From an uncultured Bacteroidota bacterium (lineage in GTDB: Bacteria; Bacteroidota; Bacteroidia; Bacteroidales; VadinHA17): a stretch of 64,000 nt of DNA. The position numbers and the translations under genes are program-made. The DNA lies in NCBI GenBank assembly GCA_903844815.1, contig CAIMVD010000375.1, forward strand, positions 8,918-72,917, in the 5' to 3' direction. The notes beneath the pieces are model-generated. The model saw only the letters and a list, made by a program, of their open reading frames with translations, ran no database searches and was not told where the DNA came from. The first letter of the stretch is position 1. Each line of letters starts with the position of its first letter. Of this stretch, positions 53,246 through 62,946 are shown one piece after another.

Positions 53246-54388
53246 ATGAAAATAGGTATTGTAACCCTGCCATTCAATTCAAACTACGGAGGATTGCTTC
53301 AGGCATTTGCACTGCAATCGTCTTTGCGCAATATGGGCCATGAACCAACAACTGTCTATCGCCGGAATCCAATAATGCCCCTGCATATTCAAATTATCTC
53401 GTCGGCAAACAGGCTTGCTAAAAGCATCCTCAACCATAAGATGGGGGTCATCCGGTCATGGGCGACGGCTGAAGAAGAACTCATTATTGACCAGCATACC
53501 AACCGTTTCATCAGTGAAAATATCAGCACAACCGAAATGCTGAAATCCGAAAGAGACTTTTCAGGTATGAATGACAAGGGGTTTGAAGCCTGGGTTGTCG
53601 GTAGCGACCAGGTTTGGAGGCCAAAGTACGCCCCTTCCCTCTCAAATCACTTCCTGGGCTTTGTAACCGACTCTTTTAAAGCAAAGCGCGTCTCTTACGC
53701 AGCCTCTTTCGGTGTGGATCAGTGGGAATTTTCTCCTGTCCAAACGGGAAAATGCAGGAAATTGCTCTTAAAGTTTGATGCCGTTTCGGTTCGTGAAGAT
53801 TCGGGAGTAAAACTGTGCGGGGAAAATCTCGGAGTCGAAGCAAAACAGGTCCTCGACCCTACTATGCTGCTGCCAAAGGAAGAATACATCAGGCTGGTCG
53901 AAAAGGACAGCATCGCTGCATGCGACGGAACTCTTCTCACATACGTTCTCGATAAGGCTCCTGACAAAATTGATTTTATAAGAAAAGTGGCAGAAGAAAA
54001 AGGACTTAGAGTGATATCAATAATGCCTAAGTCGCTCTTCAGGGATGCAGGCAGAAAAAGGATTGATGATTGTATTTACCCGCCTGTTACAGCATGGCTG
54101 AGAGGCTTCATGGATGCAGAGTGCGTAATTACAGATTCTTATCACGGGATGGTGTTTGCCATAATATTCAACAAACCCTTTCTGGCACTTGGTAACTCTA
54201 AACGCGGAATGGCAAGGTTCTCCTCATTGCTGAAACTATTCGGCCTGGAAGAGCGCATGGCTCTTTCTACAGAAGAAAACCTTATGGAAAAACTCAATGC
54301 GCCGATCGATTTCAGCAAAGTAAATGAGATTTTAATTGTAAAAAGGCATGAATCATTGGCATTTTTGGAAAACTCTTTAAAAACTTAA
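53246..54388 (+). CDS. Polysaccharide pyruvyl transferase family protein
   Basis: 380 aa. MKIGIVTLPFNSNYGGLLQAFALQ..., VGSDQVWRP, SVRE.SG, VITDSYHGMVFAIIFNKPF are typical of the PS_pyruv_trans (CsaB/WcaK-like) family. Confidence 0.75.
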   Translation: MKIGIVTLPFNSNYGGLLQAFALQSSLRNMGHEPTTVYRRNPIMPLHIQIISSANRLAKSILNHKMGVIRSWATAEEELIIDQHTNRFISENISTTEMLKSERDFSGMNDKGFEAWVVGSDQVWRPKYAPSLSNHFLGFVTDSFKAKRVSYAASFGVDQWEFSPVQTGKCRKLLLKFDAVSVREDSGVKLCGENLGVEAKQVLDPTMLLPKEEYIRLVEKDSIAACDGTLLTYVLDKAPDKIDFIRKVAEEKGLRVISIMPKSLFRDAGRKRIDDCIYPPVTAWLRGFMDAECVITDSYHGMVFAIIFNKPFLALGNSKRGMARFSSLLKLFGLEERMALSTEENLMEKLNAPIDFSKVNEILIVKRHESLAFLENSLKT

Positions 54389-54414
54389 ATTGCAATTTAA
54401 TATAAAACAATTAT

Positions 54415-55359
54415 ATGTATTACAGGAATATCTCCGATCTGAATGAGATTATACTCAGGCGACTGAGTATCCTTCCCCGCGATTTCGACCTTATTGTTGG
54501 AGTCCCCCGAAGCGGTATGCTCCCGGCCAATCTGTTGGCTCTCTACCTTAACAAGCCTTATACTGATATCCATTCGTTTATCAACGGGCATATATATAAA
54601 GCGGGAGCCAGAAGCCAGTTCTTCGAATCAGATGAATTTAAAAAGGTGCTTATTGTCGACGACAGTATCGCCTCAGGATCGGCAATGGCAGAGGTAAAGG
54701 AAAGCCTTTTGCCTATGGCTGAAAAATTTTCATTCAGTTTCTGCGCAATTTATGTTATTCCGGGGAAAGAAAAAATGGTTGACTATTTTTTCGAGACAGT
54801 ACCCCTGCCCAGGTATTTCCAGTGGAACATAATGAACCATACTTCACTGGAAAAGGCCTGCTTCGACATCGACGGGGTATTATGCGTTGATCCTACAGAA
54901 GAACAGAATGATGACGGCCCCATTTATCTTGATTTTATTAAGAATGTGCCCCCGCTATTTATACCCGGGGCCAAAATCGGGACAATCGTCAGCTCAAGGC
55001 TTGAGAAATACCGGAAAGAGACCGAAGAGTGGCTACAGGCAAATAATGTCAGATACAACGACCTCATCCTGCTCGATCTTCCCGACAAGGAAGCCCGTCA
55101 AAAAGCCAACAGTCATGCTTCGCACAAGGCAAAAACGTACCTGTCGAAAGCTTATGTTCTTTTTGTTGAAAGTTCCCTTTCACAGGCTATTGAGATTAAC
55201 AGGATAACCGGCAAACCAGTATTGTGTACCGGGAATTTCCAAATGATTTTCGACTCCGAGTCGGTTATTTACAATATCAGAAGCGGTAAGCATTTCCCTT
55301 TCCTGCGGAAATTCGCCCTGAAGGTAAGAGACAGGATAAGAGCCGGAAAGAAAGCTTAA
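54415..55359 (+). CDS. Phosphoribosyltransferase-domain protein fused to a HAD-like domain
   Basis: 314 aa. N-terminus: LIVGVPRSGMLPANLLA and PRPP-loop VLIVDDSIASGSAM. C-terminus: CFDIDGVLC (D.DG HAD motif I) followed by a Rossmann-like segment. Confidence 0.6.
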   Translation: MYYRNISDLNEIILRRLSILPRDFDLIVGVPRSGMLPANLLALYLNKPYTDIHSFINGHIYKAGARSQFFESDEFKKVLIVDDSIASGSAMAEVKESLLPMAEKFSFSFCAIYVIPGKEKMVDYFFETVPLPRYFQWNIMNHTSLEKACFDIDGVLCVDPTEEQNDDGPIYLDFIKNVPPLFIPGAKIGTIVSSRLEKYRKETEEWLQANNVRYNDLILLDLPDKEARQKANSHASHKAKTYLSKAYVLFVESSLSQAIEINRITGKPVLCTGNFQMIFDSESVIYNIRSGKHFPFLRKFALKVRDRIRAGKKA

Positions 55360-55368
55360 AAAATAAAA

Positions 55369-56577
55369 ATGAGCATAGACAAAAACATACTTTGCATTTC
55401 AAACACAGCCTGGGAAGGGTTTTATACTAAATCTACCGTCCAGTTAATGTCTCTTCTTGCCAGGCAGAATAAGATCTTGTTCGTCGAATATCCGTATACT
55501 ATAAAGGATCTTTTCTTTGCCATCCTTGGAAAAGCAAGAGCCCCTGTGATGCGGATGACTGGTCTTGCCCGGAGGCTTGAAGTGAAGGAGCCTTCGCCCG
55601 GCGTATTGGTTCATCATCTGGTGGTTCCTCCGGTTTTGCCGGTTGAATTCATAAAGAATGAAAAGCTGTACGATCTTCTTATGAAAATAAATGCCTCCAT
55701 TTATTCCCGATCGGTAAAACGTGCCCTCAGGAAGCTGAAAATGGATGACCTTGTATGCATAAATGCCTATAATTCAATTTACGGCAACAACCTCAAGGGA
55801 ATGTTCGGAGAAAAGCTTCTTATCTTTTACTGTTATGATGGGCCCAACATAGGACGGTACGGGAAAAAGGCAGTAACTTCCGACCAGGATTTTGCCTGCA
55901 AAGCCGACAGCGTAATTGTAACATCGGAGTTCCTGTCAGGCACTTTGCGCCAATATAATACGAATATTAATGTGGTTAAGAACGGAGTCGATTTCGAAAA
56001 CTTCCACAAACATGCTAAAAAGGATACAGGCGACGTCTCGCGAAGAAAGAAGGCTGGCTACATAGGAAGCCTTGACCAAAGGTTCGATATAGATACCGTT
56101 GAATATGCCGTCAGTAAATTGCCGCACTATGATTTCGAGTTTACAGGGGAACTGATGAACAAAACAGTTGAACAGCGTCTCTCAAAATATAACAATGTCA
56201 GATTCTGTCCACCCGTTCAGGCAGGAGAGGTTCCTGCTTTGCTCAATAAATGCGACGCAGGACTGATTCCCTACCTGTGCACAGAGTATACCAGGAATGT
56301 TTATCCACTTAAAATAAATGAATACCTGTCGGTGGGGGTTCCTGTTGTCCTGACCTCCTTTGCCGATCTTCCGGAATTTAAGCAGATTGTGAGTTTTACT
56401 TCGGGAAAGGAAGATTTTTGCCAAGCCATAGTAAATGAGATCGAATCTGATTCGCCGGAAAGGATCGGTCAGAGAATACTGTTTGCAGAAAAAAACTCAT
56501 GGGAAAGTCGCGCTGAACAATTAAATAAGATTATTGAAGAACAACTTGGAAAAAAATTGAATAGTACCCGAAATTAA
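55369..56577 (+). CDS. GT-B fold glycosyltransferase (GT4-like)
   Basis: 402 aa. The C-terminal half (GYIGSLDQRFDIDTV...LIPYLCTEYTRNVYPLKINEYLSVGVPVVLT) has the GT-B nucleotide-sugar binding layout. Confidence 0.65.
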   Translation: MSIDKNILCISNTAWEGFYTKSTVQLMSLLARQNKILFVEYPYTIKDLFFAILGKARAPVMRMTGLARRLEVKEPSPGVLVHHLVVPPVLPVEFIKNEKLYDLLMKINASIYSRSVKRALRKLKMDDLVCINAYNSIYGNNLKGMFGEKLLIFYCYDGPNIGRYGKKAVTSDQDFACKADSVIVTSEFLSGTLRQYNTNINVVKNGVDFENFHKHAKKDTGDVSRRKKAGYIGSLDQRFDIDTVEYAVSKLPHYDFEFTGELMNKTVEQRLSKYNNVRFCPPVQAGEVPALLNKCDAGLIPYLCTEYTRNVYPLKINEYLSVGVPVVLTSFADLPEFKQIVSFTSGKEDFCQAIVNEIESDSPERIGQRILFAEKNSWESRAEQLNKIIEEQLGKKLNSTRN

Positions 56578-56656
56578 ATACCTGACAGAAACACGACAAT
56601 CAAGAAAAAAGATATAATTTACAGTACAAACCAACTTTAAGCATACCAACTTATAT

Positions 56657-57850
56657 ATGGCAGTAATCAACTTCATACAAATTATCCTGCTTCTCCTGCT
56701 CGGAATAGCCACACTTTATTTTTTTATCTTCGCCCTTGCAGGTTTATTCTACCGTCAGCCCGCCTACTCCGCCAACCCTCGGATGAACCGGATTGCGGTC
56801 CTGATTCCTGGCTATAAGGAAGATGAGGTGATAATGGAAGTTGCCTCTGACGCGCTTTTGCAGAATTATCCGCACGACCTTTTCGATGTTGTAATTATTG
56901 CTGATTCCTTCATGCCAGAGACCATAACCCAGCTCAGGGAATTACCTGTTAAGCTGGTAGAAGTAAGCTTCGACAAAAGCACAAAGTCAAAAGCACTTAA
57001 CAAGGCCATGGAATATCTTCCTGATACCTATGACATCGCGGTTGTACTTGATGCCGACAATGTGATGGCACGCGATTTTCTTCTGAAGGTGAACGCAGCA
57101 ATTGAAAACGGGTTTATGGTTGTGCAGGGCCATCGTACGGCAAAGAACATGAACAACTCAATGGCCGTTCTCGATGCAGCCAGCGAGGAGATCAATAACA
57201 ATATTTTCAGGAAAGGGCACAGAGTGCTGGGGTTCTCATCGGCGCTCATCGGCTCAGGTATGGCATTCCGTTATGGCTTCTTCAAGGATCTTATGTCGAC
57301 GGTAAAAGCGGTTGGCGGATTTGATAAGGAAATCGAACTTAAACTGTTAAAAGCCCGGCACAAGATTGAATACCTTGATGACGCCCTTGTTTATGACGAG
57401 AAGGTTCAGAAGGAAGAGGTTTTCAGCAATCAGCGCCGCCGTTGGCTGGCAGCCCAGATCATTTATTTCAGGCAGGAATTCTTTAAGGCACTTGGCGACC
57501 TGATAACAAAGGGCAATTTCGACTATTTCGACAAGGCAATGCAATTCATTCAGCCACCAAGGGTTCTCCTGCTGGGAGCCGTGGTCCTCTTCACAGCCTT
57601 ATTCTCTGTTGTCAATATGTTCATCTGGGAAAACAGTTTTTTGCTTTTCTCATGGCTTGGTCTTTTCATCGCCTGCATCATGGTCTTCCTTTTTTCAATT
57701 CCGGTCTCCTTTTATAACCTGTCTACTCTCAAAGCAATGGCCAGTCTTCCCAAAGGAATGGTTCTCATGTTTTTATCCCTTATGAGGATAAGAGGGGCCA
57801 ACAAGCAGTTTATTCATACAAAGCACACATCCACAGGATTAGAAAAGTAA
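56657..57850 (+). CDS. Membrane-embedded family 2 glycosyltransferase, processive-synthase-like
   Basis: 397 aa. N-terminal TM, IAVLIPGYKEDEVI, VVLDADN, QGHRTAKN, Q..RW motif NQRRRWLAAQ, then 3-4 C-terminal TMs. Confidence 0.75.
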   Translation: MAVINFIQIILLLLLGIATLYFFIFALAGLFYRQPAYSANPRMNRIAVLIPGYKEDEVIMEVASDALLQNYPHDLFDVVIIADSFMPETITQLRELPVKLVEVSFDKSTKSKALNKAMEYLPDTYDIAVVLDADNVMARDFLLKVNAAIENGFMVVQGHRTAKNMNNSMAVLDAASEEINNNIFRKGHRVLGFSSALIGSGMAFRYGFFKDLMSTVKAVGGFDKEIELKLLKARHKIEYLDDALVYDEKVQKEEVFSNQRRRWLAAQIIYFRQEFFKALGDLITKGNFDYFDKAMQFIQPPRVLLLGAVVLFTALFSVVNMFIWENSFLLFSWLGLFIACIMVFLFSIPVSFYNLSTLKAMASLPKGMVLMFLSLMRIRGANKQFIHTKHTSTGLEK

Positions 57851-57852
57851 CA

Positions 57853-58854
57853 ATGAACAGAAATAATGCAATCGATATCTCCAAAGGAATAGGAATATTC
57901 CTGGTAATTTGGGCTCATACCATTTGCCCTTTCAGAGCCCAGATCTATATTTTCCATATGCCCCTTTTCTTTCTTGTCTCGGGTTTTCTCTTCAACAATC
58001 GTGACACAGTAAAGACAACCTTTATTAAGAAGATAAAGTCATTGCTCATCCCGTTTGTGTTTTTTGTAATATTGCAGAGGGTCGGATTCATTCTGGTCTA
58101 TCTCATTGGAGGTACATTTAAATCCTCCTACCTCCTGCTGTGGAATCCGGTTCCTGTAAGAGGTGTTCTGGGAGTGCTGTGGTTCATCCTGGCACTTTTC
58201 CTCGTAACAATTATTTATAGCTTAATAAACAGGCTGCGCTCATATTTCCTGATTTTTCTGGCAAGTTTTCTGGCATCGCTCGCAGGGTATTTACTTTACC
58301 GCTACAAGATCAGCCTGCCTATGCACATCGATGCATCATTGAGTATGATGCTATTCTTTTTTGTCGGCAACTTCCTGGCCAGAACTGATACTGAAAGGGT
58401 TGGACCGGTGCGTAACTGGGCTCTGCTAAGTGCGGCCTCAGTTATTATATTCATCGTTGTGACAAAATTCTATTTACCTGATATCAACATCGTCAACAAT
58501 GTAATAGAAGGCAATTTCCTGCTAAGTACCGGATTAATATTGCTGGGCTGTCTTATGGTGCTGATAAACAGCAAACTACTTAACTACGTGCCAATTATTA
58601 ACAATGCACTTGCTTATTTAGGAAGAAATTCCCTGACAATATACGCAACACACACTTTTATCCTTGAAGCAGTTTATCTTGTATACCCCAGGAAAAGTGT
58701 AACAACGTGGGGTGGCGTGATTATCAGCCTGCTTATTCTGGGCTTATGCCTGCTCCTGAATATTGGATTACAAAAGTATTTTCCCTTTGTTTTTGGAAAA
58801 AAAGACATTCTGGCGGGAATATTCAAACCACGTGAAATCAAAGTTAAAGGATAA
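57853..58854 (+). CDS. Acyltransferase family 3 membrane protein (O-acyltransferase), paralog A
   Basis: 333 aa and polytopic. MNRNNAIDISKGIGIFLVIWAHT...FHMPLFFLVSGF is the acyltransferase_3 signature. Confidence 0.8.
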   Translation: MNRNNAIDISKGIGIFLVIWAHTICPFRAQIYIFHMPLFFLVSGFLFNNRDTVKTTFIKKIKSLLIPFVFFVILQRVGFILVYLIGGTFKSSYLLLWNPVPVRGVLGVLWFILALFLVTIIYSLINRLRSYFLIFLASFLASLAGYLLYRYKISLPMHIDASLSMMLFFFVGNFLARTDTERVGPVRNWALLSAASVIIFIVVTKFYLPDINIVNNVIEGNFLLSTGLILLGCLMVLINSKLLNYVPIINNALAYLGRNSLTIYATHTFILEAVYLVYPRKSVTTWGGVIISLLILGLCLLLNIGLQKYFPFVFGKKDILAGIFKPREIKVKG

Positions 58855-58865
58855 CAGAAATACAA

Positions 58866-59867
58866 ATGAACAGGAACAATTCCGTAGATATCGCAAAGGG
58901 CATAGGCATATTCCTTGTTATCTGGTCGCACACAGTGTGTCCGGTAATACCCCAGCTCTGTCTTTTTCACATGCCGGTATTCTTCATGCTTTCCGGTTAT
59001 GTCTTTAACAGGAAGGAGAGCTTCGAAAACACGTTAAGAAAGAAGATAAGGTCTTTAATTGTTCCGCTCTTATTCTTCTTCGCATTCCAGCGGATCAGTT
59101 TCATACTTATTGCAATGGCCGGAGGTACCTTCAAAACAGCTTATCTGCTTCCATGGACTTCAATACCGCCATGGCAGGTTATGGGCGTACTCTGGTTTAT
59201 TATTTCTCTCTTCACCGTTATAATGATTTACTCTCTTATAAACTTGATCCGGTCTGATATCCTGAAATTTGCAGCGAGCCTTCTTCTGACATTCAGCGGT
59301 CACCTCCTCGACAATTTCAATATCCATCTGCCCTTGTACCTAGGTTCGTCGCTCAGCATGATTTTTTTCTTCCACACCGGGGTAATGCTTGCGGCAGCCG
59401 ATCTGAAGAAAATTGGTCCTGCAAGGAACTGGGCAGTTCTGGGAGTTCTCTCCGTCGGTCTCTTTATTGTCTGGGTCCATTTTTACCAGCCTAATGTTGT
59501 TATGGCATATAATTATTTCGGCGGCAACTTTTTTCTTACACTTGGAATAATGCTCCTCGGATGCTTCATGCTTCTCATAAACAGCAAGTTAATAGATTAC
59601 GTCCCCCGCATTAATAAGGCCCTGGCATATATCGGAATGAACTCTCTCACTGTTTTTGCTGTGCACCCGGTCGTCCTGCAGGCAATCTATCTTGCCTTCC
59701 CGAAAAGAACGGTGACAGTTCCCGGAGGTATGATCATTAGTGTTATTGTCCTTGGCCTATGTCTGGTTATTAATATTTTGCTCCAGAAATACTTTCCGTT
59801 TGTATTCGGGAAGAAGGTACTTTCGCTGCCGGGCATTTTCCGTACCAGGCCCGGGGCTCAGGTATAA
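58866..59867 (+). CDS. Acyltransferase family 3 membrane protein (O-acyltransferase), paralog B
   Basis: 333 aa. MNRNNSVDIAKGIGIFLVIWSHT...FHMPVFFMLSGY. Collinear with paralog A through to ...LQKYFPFVFGKK. Confidence 0.8.
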   Translation: MNRNNSVDIAKGIGIFLVIWSHTVCPVIPQLCLFHMPVFFMLSGYVFNRKESFENTLRKKIRSLIVPLLFFFAFQRISFILIAMAGGTFKTAYLLPWTSIPPWQVMGVLWFIISLFTVIMIYSLINLIRSDILKFAASLLLTFSGHLLDNFNIHLPLYLGSSLSMIFFFHTGVMLAAADLKKIGPARNWAVLGVLSVGLFIVWVHFYQPNVVMAYNYFGGNFFLTLGIMLLGCFMLLINSKLIDYVPRINKALAYIGMNSLTVFAVHPVVLQAIYLAFPKRTVTVPGGMIISVIVLGLCLVINILLQKYFPFVFGKKVLSLPGIFRTRPGAQV

Positions 59868-59901
59868 AAAAACTGAAAAGATTAAACTACCAGTGATACA
59901 A

Positions 59902-61026
59902 ATGAAAAAGATCAGGATACTTGAAGCCATAAGGCAGGGCAAGATAGGCGGCGGCGAAACACATGTGCTTGAACTCGTTTCCACCATCGACAAGTCGGTA
60001 TTTGAACCCATAGTGCTCAGCTTCACGCCAGGGCCTATGGTGGATGAGCTTAAAAGAATTGGCATAGAGGTACATGTGATTGAAACCGAAAGAGGATTCG
60101 ACAGGAAAGTCTGGAAAAAGGTCAGGCATCTGGCTCAGGAACTGAAGATTGACATAATCCACGCTCATGGTACCAGGGCAAATTCAAATGTTTTCATGGC
60201 AGCACGGAGTCTTGGGGTGCCTCTGATATATACGATACATGGATGGTCGTTCCACCGCGATCAGAGTCTGCCCGTAAGGATGGTCAGGGAGATGTCGGAA
60301 AGGTTCCTTACTTCGGTTTCTGCATCGAATATTTGTGTCTCATTCAGTAATCAGCAGGATGGAATAACCGGATGGAAAATGAAACGATCGTCGGTCATCT
60401 ACAACGGAATCAATACCAGCAAATTCAATCCTGCAGGAACTTACCGGGATGTCAGGAAGGAACTTGGCATTCCCGGGGGGAAGACTGTAGCAGGCTTTAT
60501 CGTGAGAATGACAATTCAGAAAGATCCCTTTACCCTGATCAGGGCTATGAAAATTGTTAAGGAGAAATGCAGCGAAATCGTTCTCCTTATGATCGGTGAG
60601 GGAGATCTTAAGGATGAAGCAGTAACTATGGCAAAAAAACTGGACCTTACCGACACTGTCATTTTTGAGAATTTCAGGCAGGATGTGCCTGATGTTTTAA
60701 ACGCGATCGACATTTACTGTCTCCCATCATTGTGGGAAGGTCTTCCGATAGGCATTCTGGAGGCAATGTCGATGGGCAAGCCTGTGGTTGCAACTCCTGT
60801 TGACGGCACCAGAGAAATCATTACCAATGGCGAAAATGGAATATTGATTCCGGTTGGAGACGAAAAGACACTGGCAGAAGCAATATTAACTCTGCATTAC
60901 GACCCTGAAATGAGGAAAAGAATAAGTGAAAAGGCCATTGTAACTATCCGGGAAAGATTTTCTGTGGATCATATGGTGAGGCAGATAGAAGATCATTATG
61001 GAATGATTGTAAATAAAAGAAAATAA
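59902..61026 (+). CDS. Family 4 (GT-B) glycosyltransferase
   Basis: The track ORF begins at 59740 inside the previous gene. The ATG at 59902 gives MKKIRILEAIRQGKIGGGETHVLEL. The C-terminus LPSLWEGLPIGILEAMSMGKPVVATPVDGTREII.NGENG is the GT4 E.7E region. Confidence 0.82.
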   Translation: MKKIRILEAIRQGKIGGGETHVLELVSTIDKSVFEPIVLSFTPGPMVDELKRIGIEVHVIETERGFDRKVWKKVRHLAQELKIDIIHAHGTRANSNVFMAARSLGVPLIYTIHGWSFHRDQSLPVRMVREMSERFLTSVSASNICVSFSNQQDGITGWKMKRSSVIYNGINTSKFNPAGTYRDVRKELGIPGGKTVAGFIVRMTIQKDPFTLIRAMKIVKEKCSEIVLLMIGEGDLKDEAVTMAKKLDLTDTVIFENFRQDVPDVLNAIDIYCLPSLWEGLPIGILEAMSMGKPVVATPVDGTREIITNGENGILIPVGDEKTLAEAILTLHYDPEMRKRISEKAIVTIRERFSVDHMVRQIEDHYGMIVNKRK

Positions 61027-61092
61027 ATCTGGGGCAGGTGCCTCTGGATTGAACAAACCAGTAAGAGATTAAAAAAGTATAAAATTATAATA

Positions 61093-61923
61093 ATGTTTCG
61101 CCCTAAAGTACCATCTGACATCAGAATTCATGAACTTGAATACATCAGGCTTGAAGAAATACCGGAAGAAGTCTTTAACCGGATAAGGGCAGGTTTTGAT
61201 GCCCAGCGTACCGGTGAGGCCCTGGTTTCGGTAAATATTATCGCATGGAATGAGGAAGCAAACATACTCAGGAACATATCGTCGCTCAGCGCAATGAAAA
61301 GTTCGTATCCTGTCGAATACATCTATGTTGACAATAACTCCCGTGACAAAACTTCAGAAATAATCCGCCGGTGCGGAATAATACCCGTTCCTGAAACAAA
61401 ACAGGGCTATGGATTTGCGCGACAGGCGGCTATGGAAAATTCGCACGGGAAATTTATTCTCACAGGAGATGCAGATACCATCTATCCTCCTACCTGGATC
61501 GACACCATGCTAAAGCCTGTACTATCAGGTAATTACATTGCCACTTCTGGTACGTATTCCTTTATTCCGGCGAAGGGGGAGTCACGTCTGAGGTACGCTT
61601 TTTATGAATTTTTCCGCGACATCATTCACAATCTGAGAACCATTAACCGGCCCTATCTTGCGGTTGGGGGCGTTAATTTCTGTTTCCCTCGCGAAAAGGC
61701 GTTGAAGATTGGCTTTATAAAGAATAACTCGAGGTCAGAAGACGGCTCGATGGCCCTGGCACTTATGAAAGAGGGAAAACTGAAAAGAGTCACCAACATA
61801 AAGGCTGCTGCATGGACTGTAACCCGCTCCATCGAGAGAACAGGGACTTTCAGCGAAGCAGTAAGTCTCAGAATCACAAAGGAGTTGAAAAGAATTAAAA
61901 TATATTTTTCAAAGCATGAATAA
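61093..61923 (+). CDS. Family 2 glycosyltransferase (soluble GT-A)
   Basis: 276 aa. VSVNIIAWNEEANILRNISSL, YVDNNSRDKTSEII, GDADTIYPP (D.D). Confidence 0.75.
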   Translation: MFRPKVPSDIRIHELEYIRLEEIPEEVFNRIRAGFDAQRTGEALVSVNIIAWNEEANILRNISSLSAMKSSYPVEYIYVDNNSRDKTSEIIRRCGIIPVPETKQGYGFARQAAMENSHGKFILTGDADTIYPPTWIDTMLKPVLSGNYIATSGTYSFIPAKGESRLRYAFYEFFRDIIHNLRTINRPYLAVGGVNFCFPREKALKIGFIKNNSRSEDGSMALALMKEGKLKRVTNIKAAAWTVTRSIERTGTFSEAVSLRITKELKRIKIYFSKHE

Positions 61924-61977
61924 TATAACCATGCTTTAAAATAAACTGAATTGCTTTTATAAATTAAATTTTACTAT

Positions 61978-62877
61978 ATGGAATCAGGTTCCCCTATTTC
62001 AGTGATTGTGGCTTGCGACAATCACTATTTCATTCTCCTCGCCGCACTGTTGAAGTCAATAGAATTCAATCATAAAACCGAGGAAAGAATTGAAGTCTTT
62101 ATCGTTGACGATGGCATCCGGGCTGCTAACAGGAAAAAACTAGCTGCCTCGCTCGACTCTGCAAAGATCGGTCTGAACTGGATTCCGATGGATAAAGCCA
62201 TCCCCGACAATATGAAGATACCCTTCGACCGTACTTCCTATCCCAAAAACATACACACCAGGATATTTATCCCTCATTTTATCCCTGAACAATACGATAA
62301 GATCATCTACCTTGATGTAGACATGATAATGATGCATGATATATCAGAGCTTTGGAACATTGACCTTAACGACAATATGCTTGCTGCTGTCATGGACCCG
62401 AGGCTTAAGGTTTTCAGTAATTCCTGGGGAGGAATACTTAATTATAAGGAACTTGGCTTCGACCCCGATACAAGGTATTTCAATACTGGTATTCTTTTGA
62501 TCAACATTAAGAAGTGGAGGGAGGAAGGGAGCGCTGCGAAGGTTGTCAAATGCATTTCCGACAATGAGAAATACGCTAACTATCCCGATCAGTACGGGCT
62601 GAATATAGTAATGGCAAACCGCTGGCTCGAGCTCGATCCGAAGTGGAACTCTTTTGCCGATACCCAATGCGACGATCCATTCATTATCCATTTCATTGGC
62701 CGCAAACCCATGTATAAAACCTATGACAACCTGCCGGAATTCAAAACTATATTCTATGAACACCTCAACCGTACCAGGTGGAAAAATTTTAAGCCGATAG
62801 GAGAATCAAAGCGTTATGTAAAGAAACTCGGTAATGTAATCCGTAAAATACCAGAGTTCCTGCGACGGAGAGTATAA
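61978..62877 (+). CDS. Family 8 glycosyltransferase
   Basis: 299 aa. ISVIVACDNHYFILLAALLKSI, YLDVDMIMMHDISELW (D.D), YFNTGILLINIKKWRE, DQYGLN are the GT8 (RfaI/J-like) pattern. Confidence 0.78.
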   Translation: MESGSPISVIVACDNHYFILLAALLKSIEFNHKTEERIEVFIVDDGIRAANRKKLAASLDSAKIGLNWIPMDKAIPDNMKIPFDRTSYPKNIHTRIFIPHFIPEQYDKIIYLDVDMIMMHDISELWNIDLNDNMLAAVMDPRLKVFSNSWGGILNYKELGFDPDTRYFNTGILLINIKKWREEGSAAKVVKCISDNEKYANYPDQYGLNIVMANRWLELDPKWNSFADTQCDDPFIIHFIGRKPMYKTYDNLPEFKTIFYEHLNRTRWKNFKPIGESKRYVKKLGNVIRKIPEFLRRRV

Positions 62878-62946
62878 TCCTTCCCAATCACGCTGCAGGC
62901 AGCGAAAACCATGATACTATTTTAGGCAGATAATTAATAAATTACT

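Noticed and set aside
59740-59901. N-terminal 54 codons of track ORF 59740..61026
   Set aside because: They overlap the 3' end of acyltransferase paralog B in another frame. The GT4 fold begins at MKKIRILEA (ATG at 59902).
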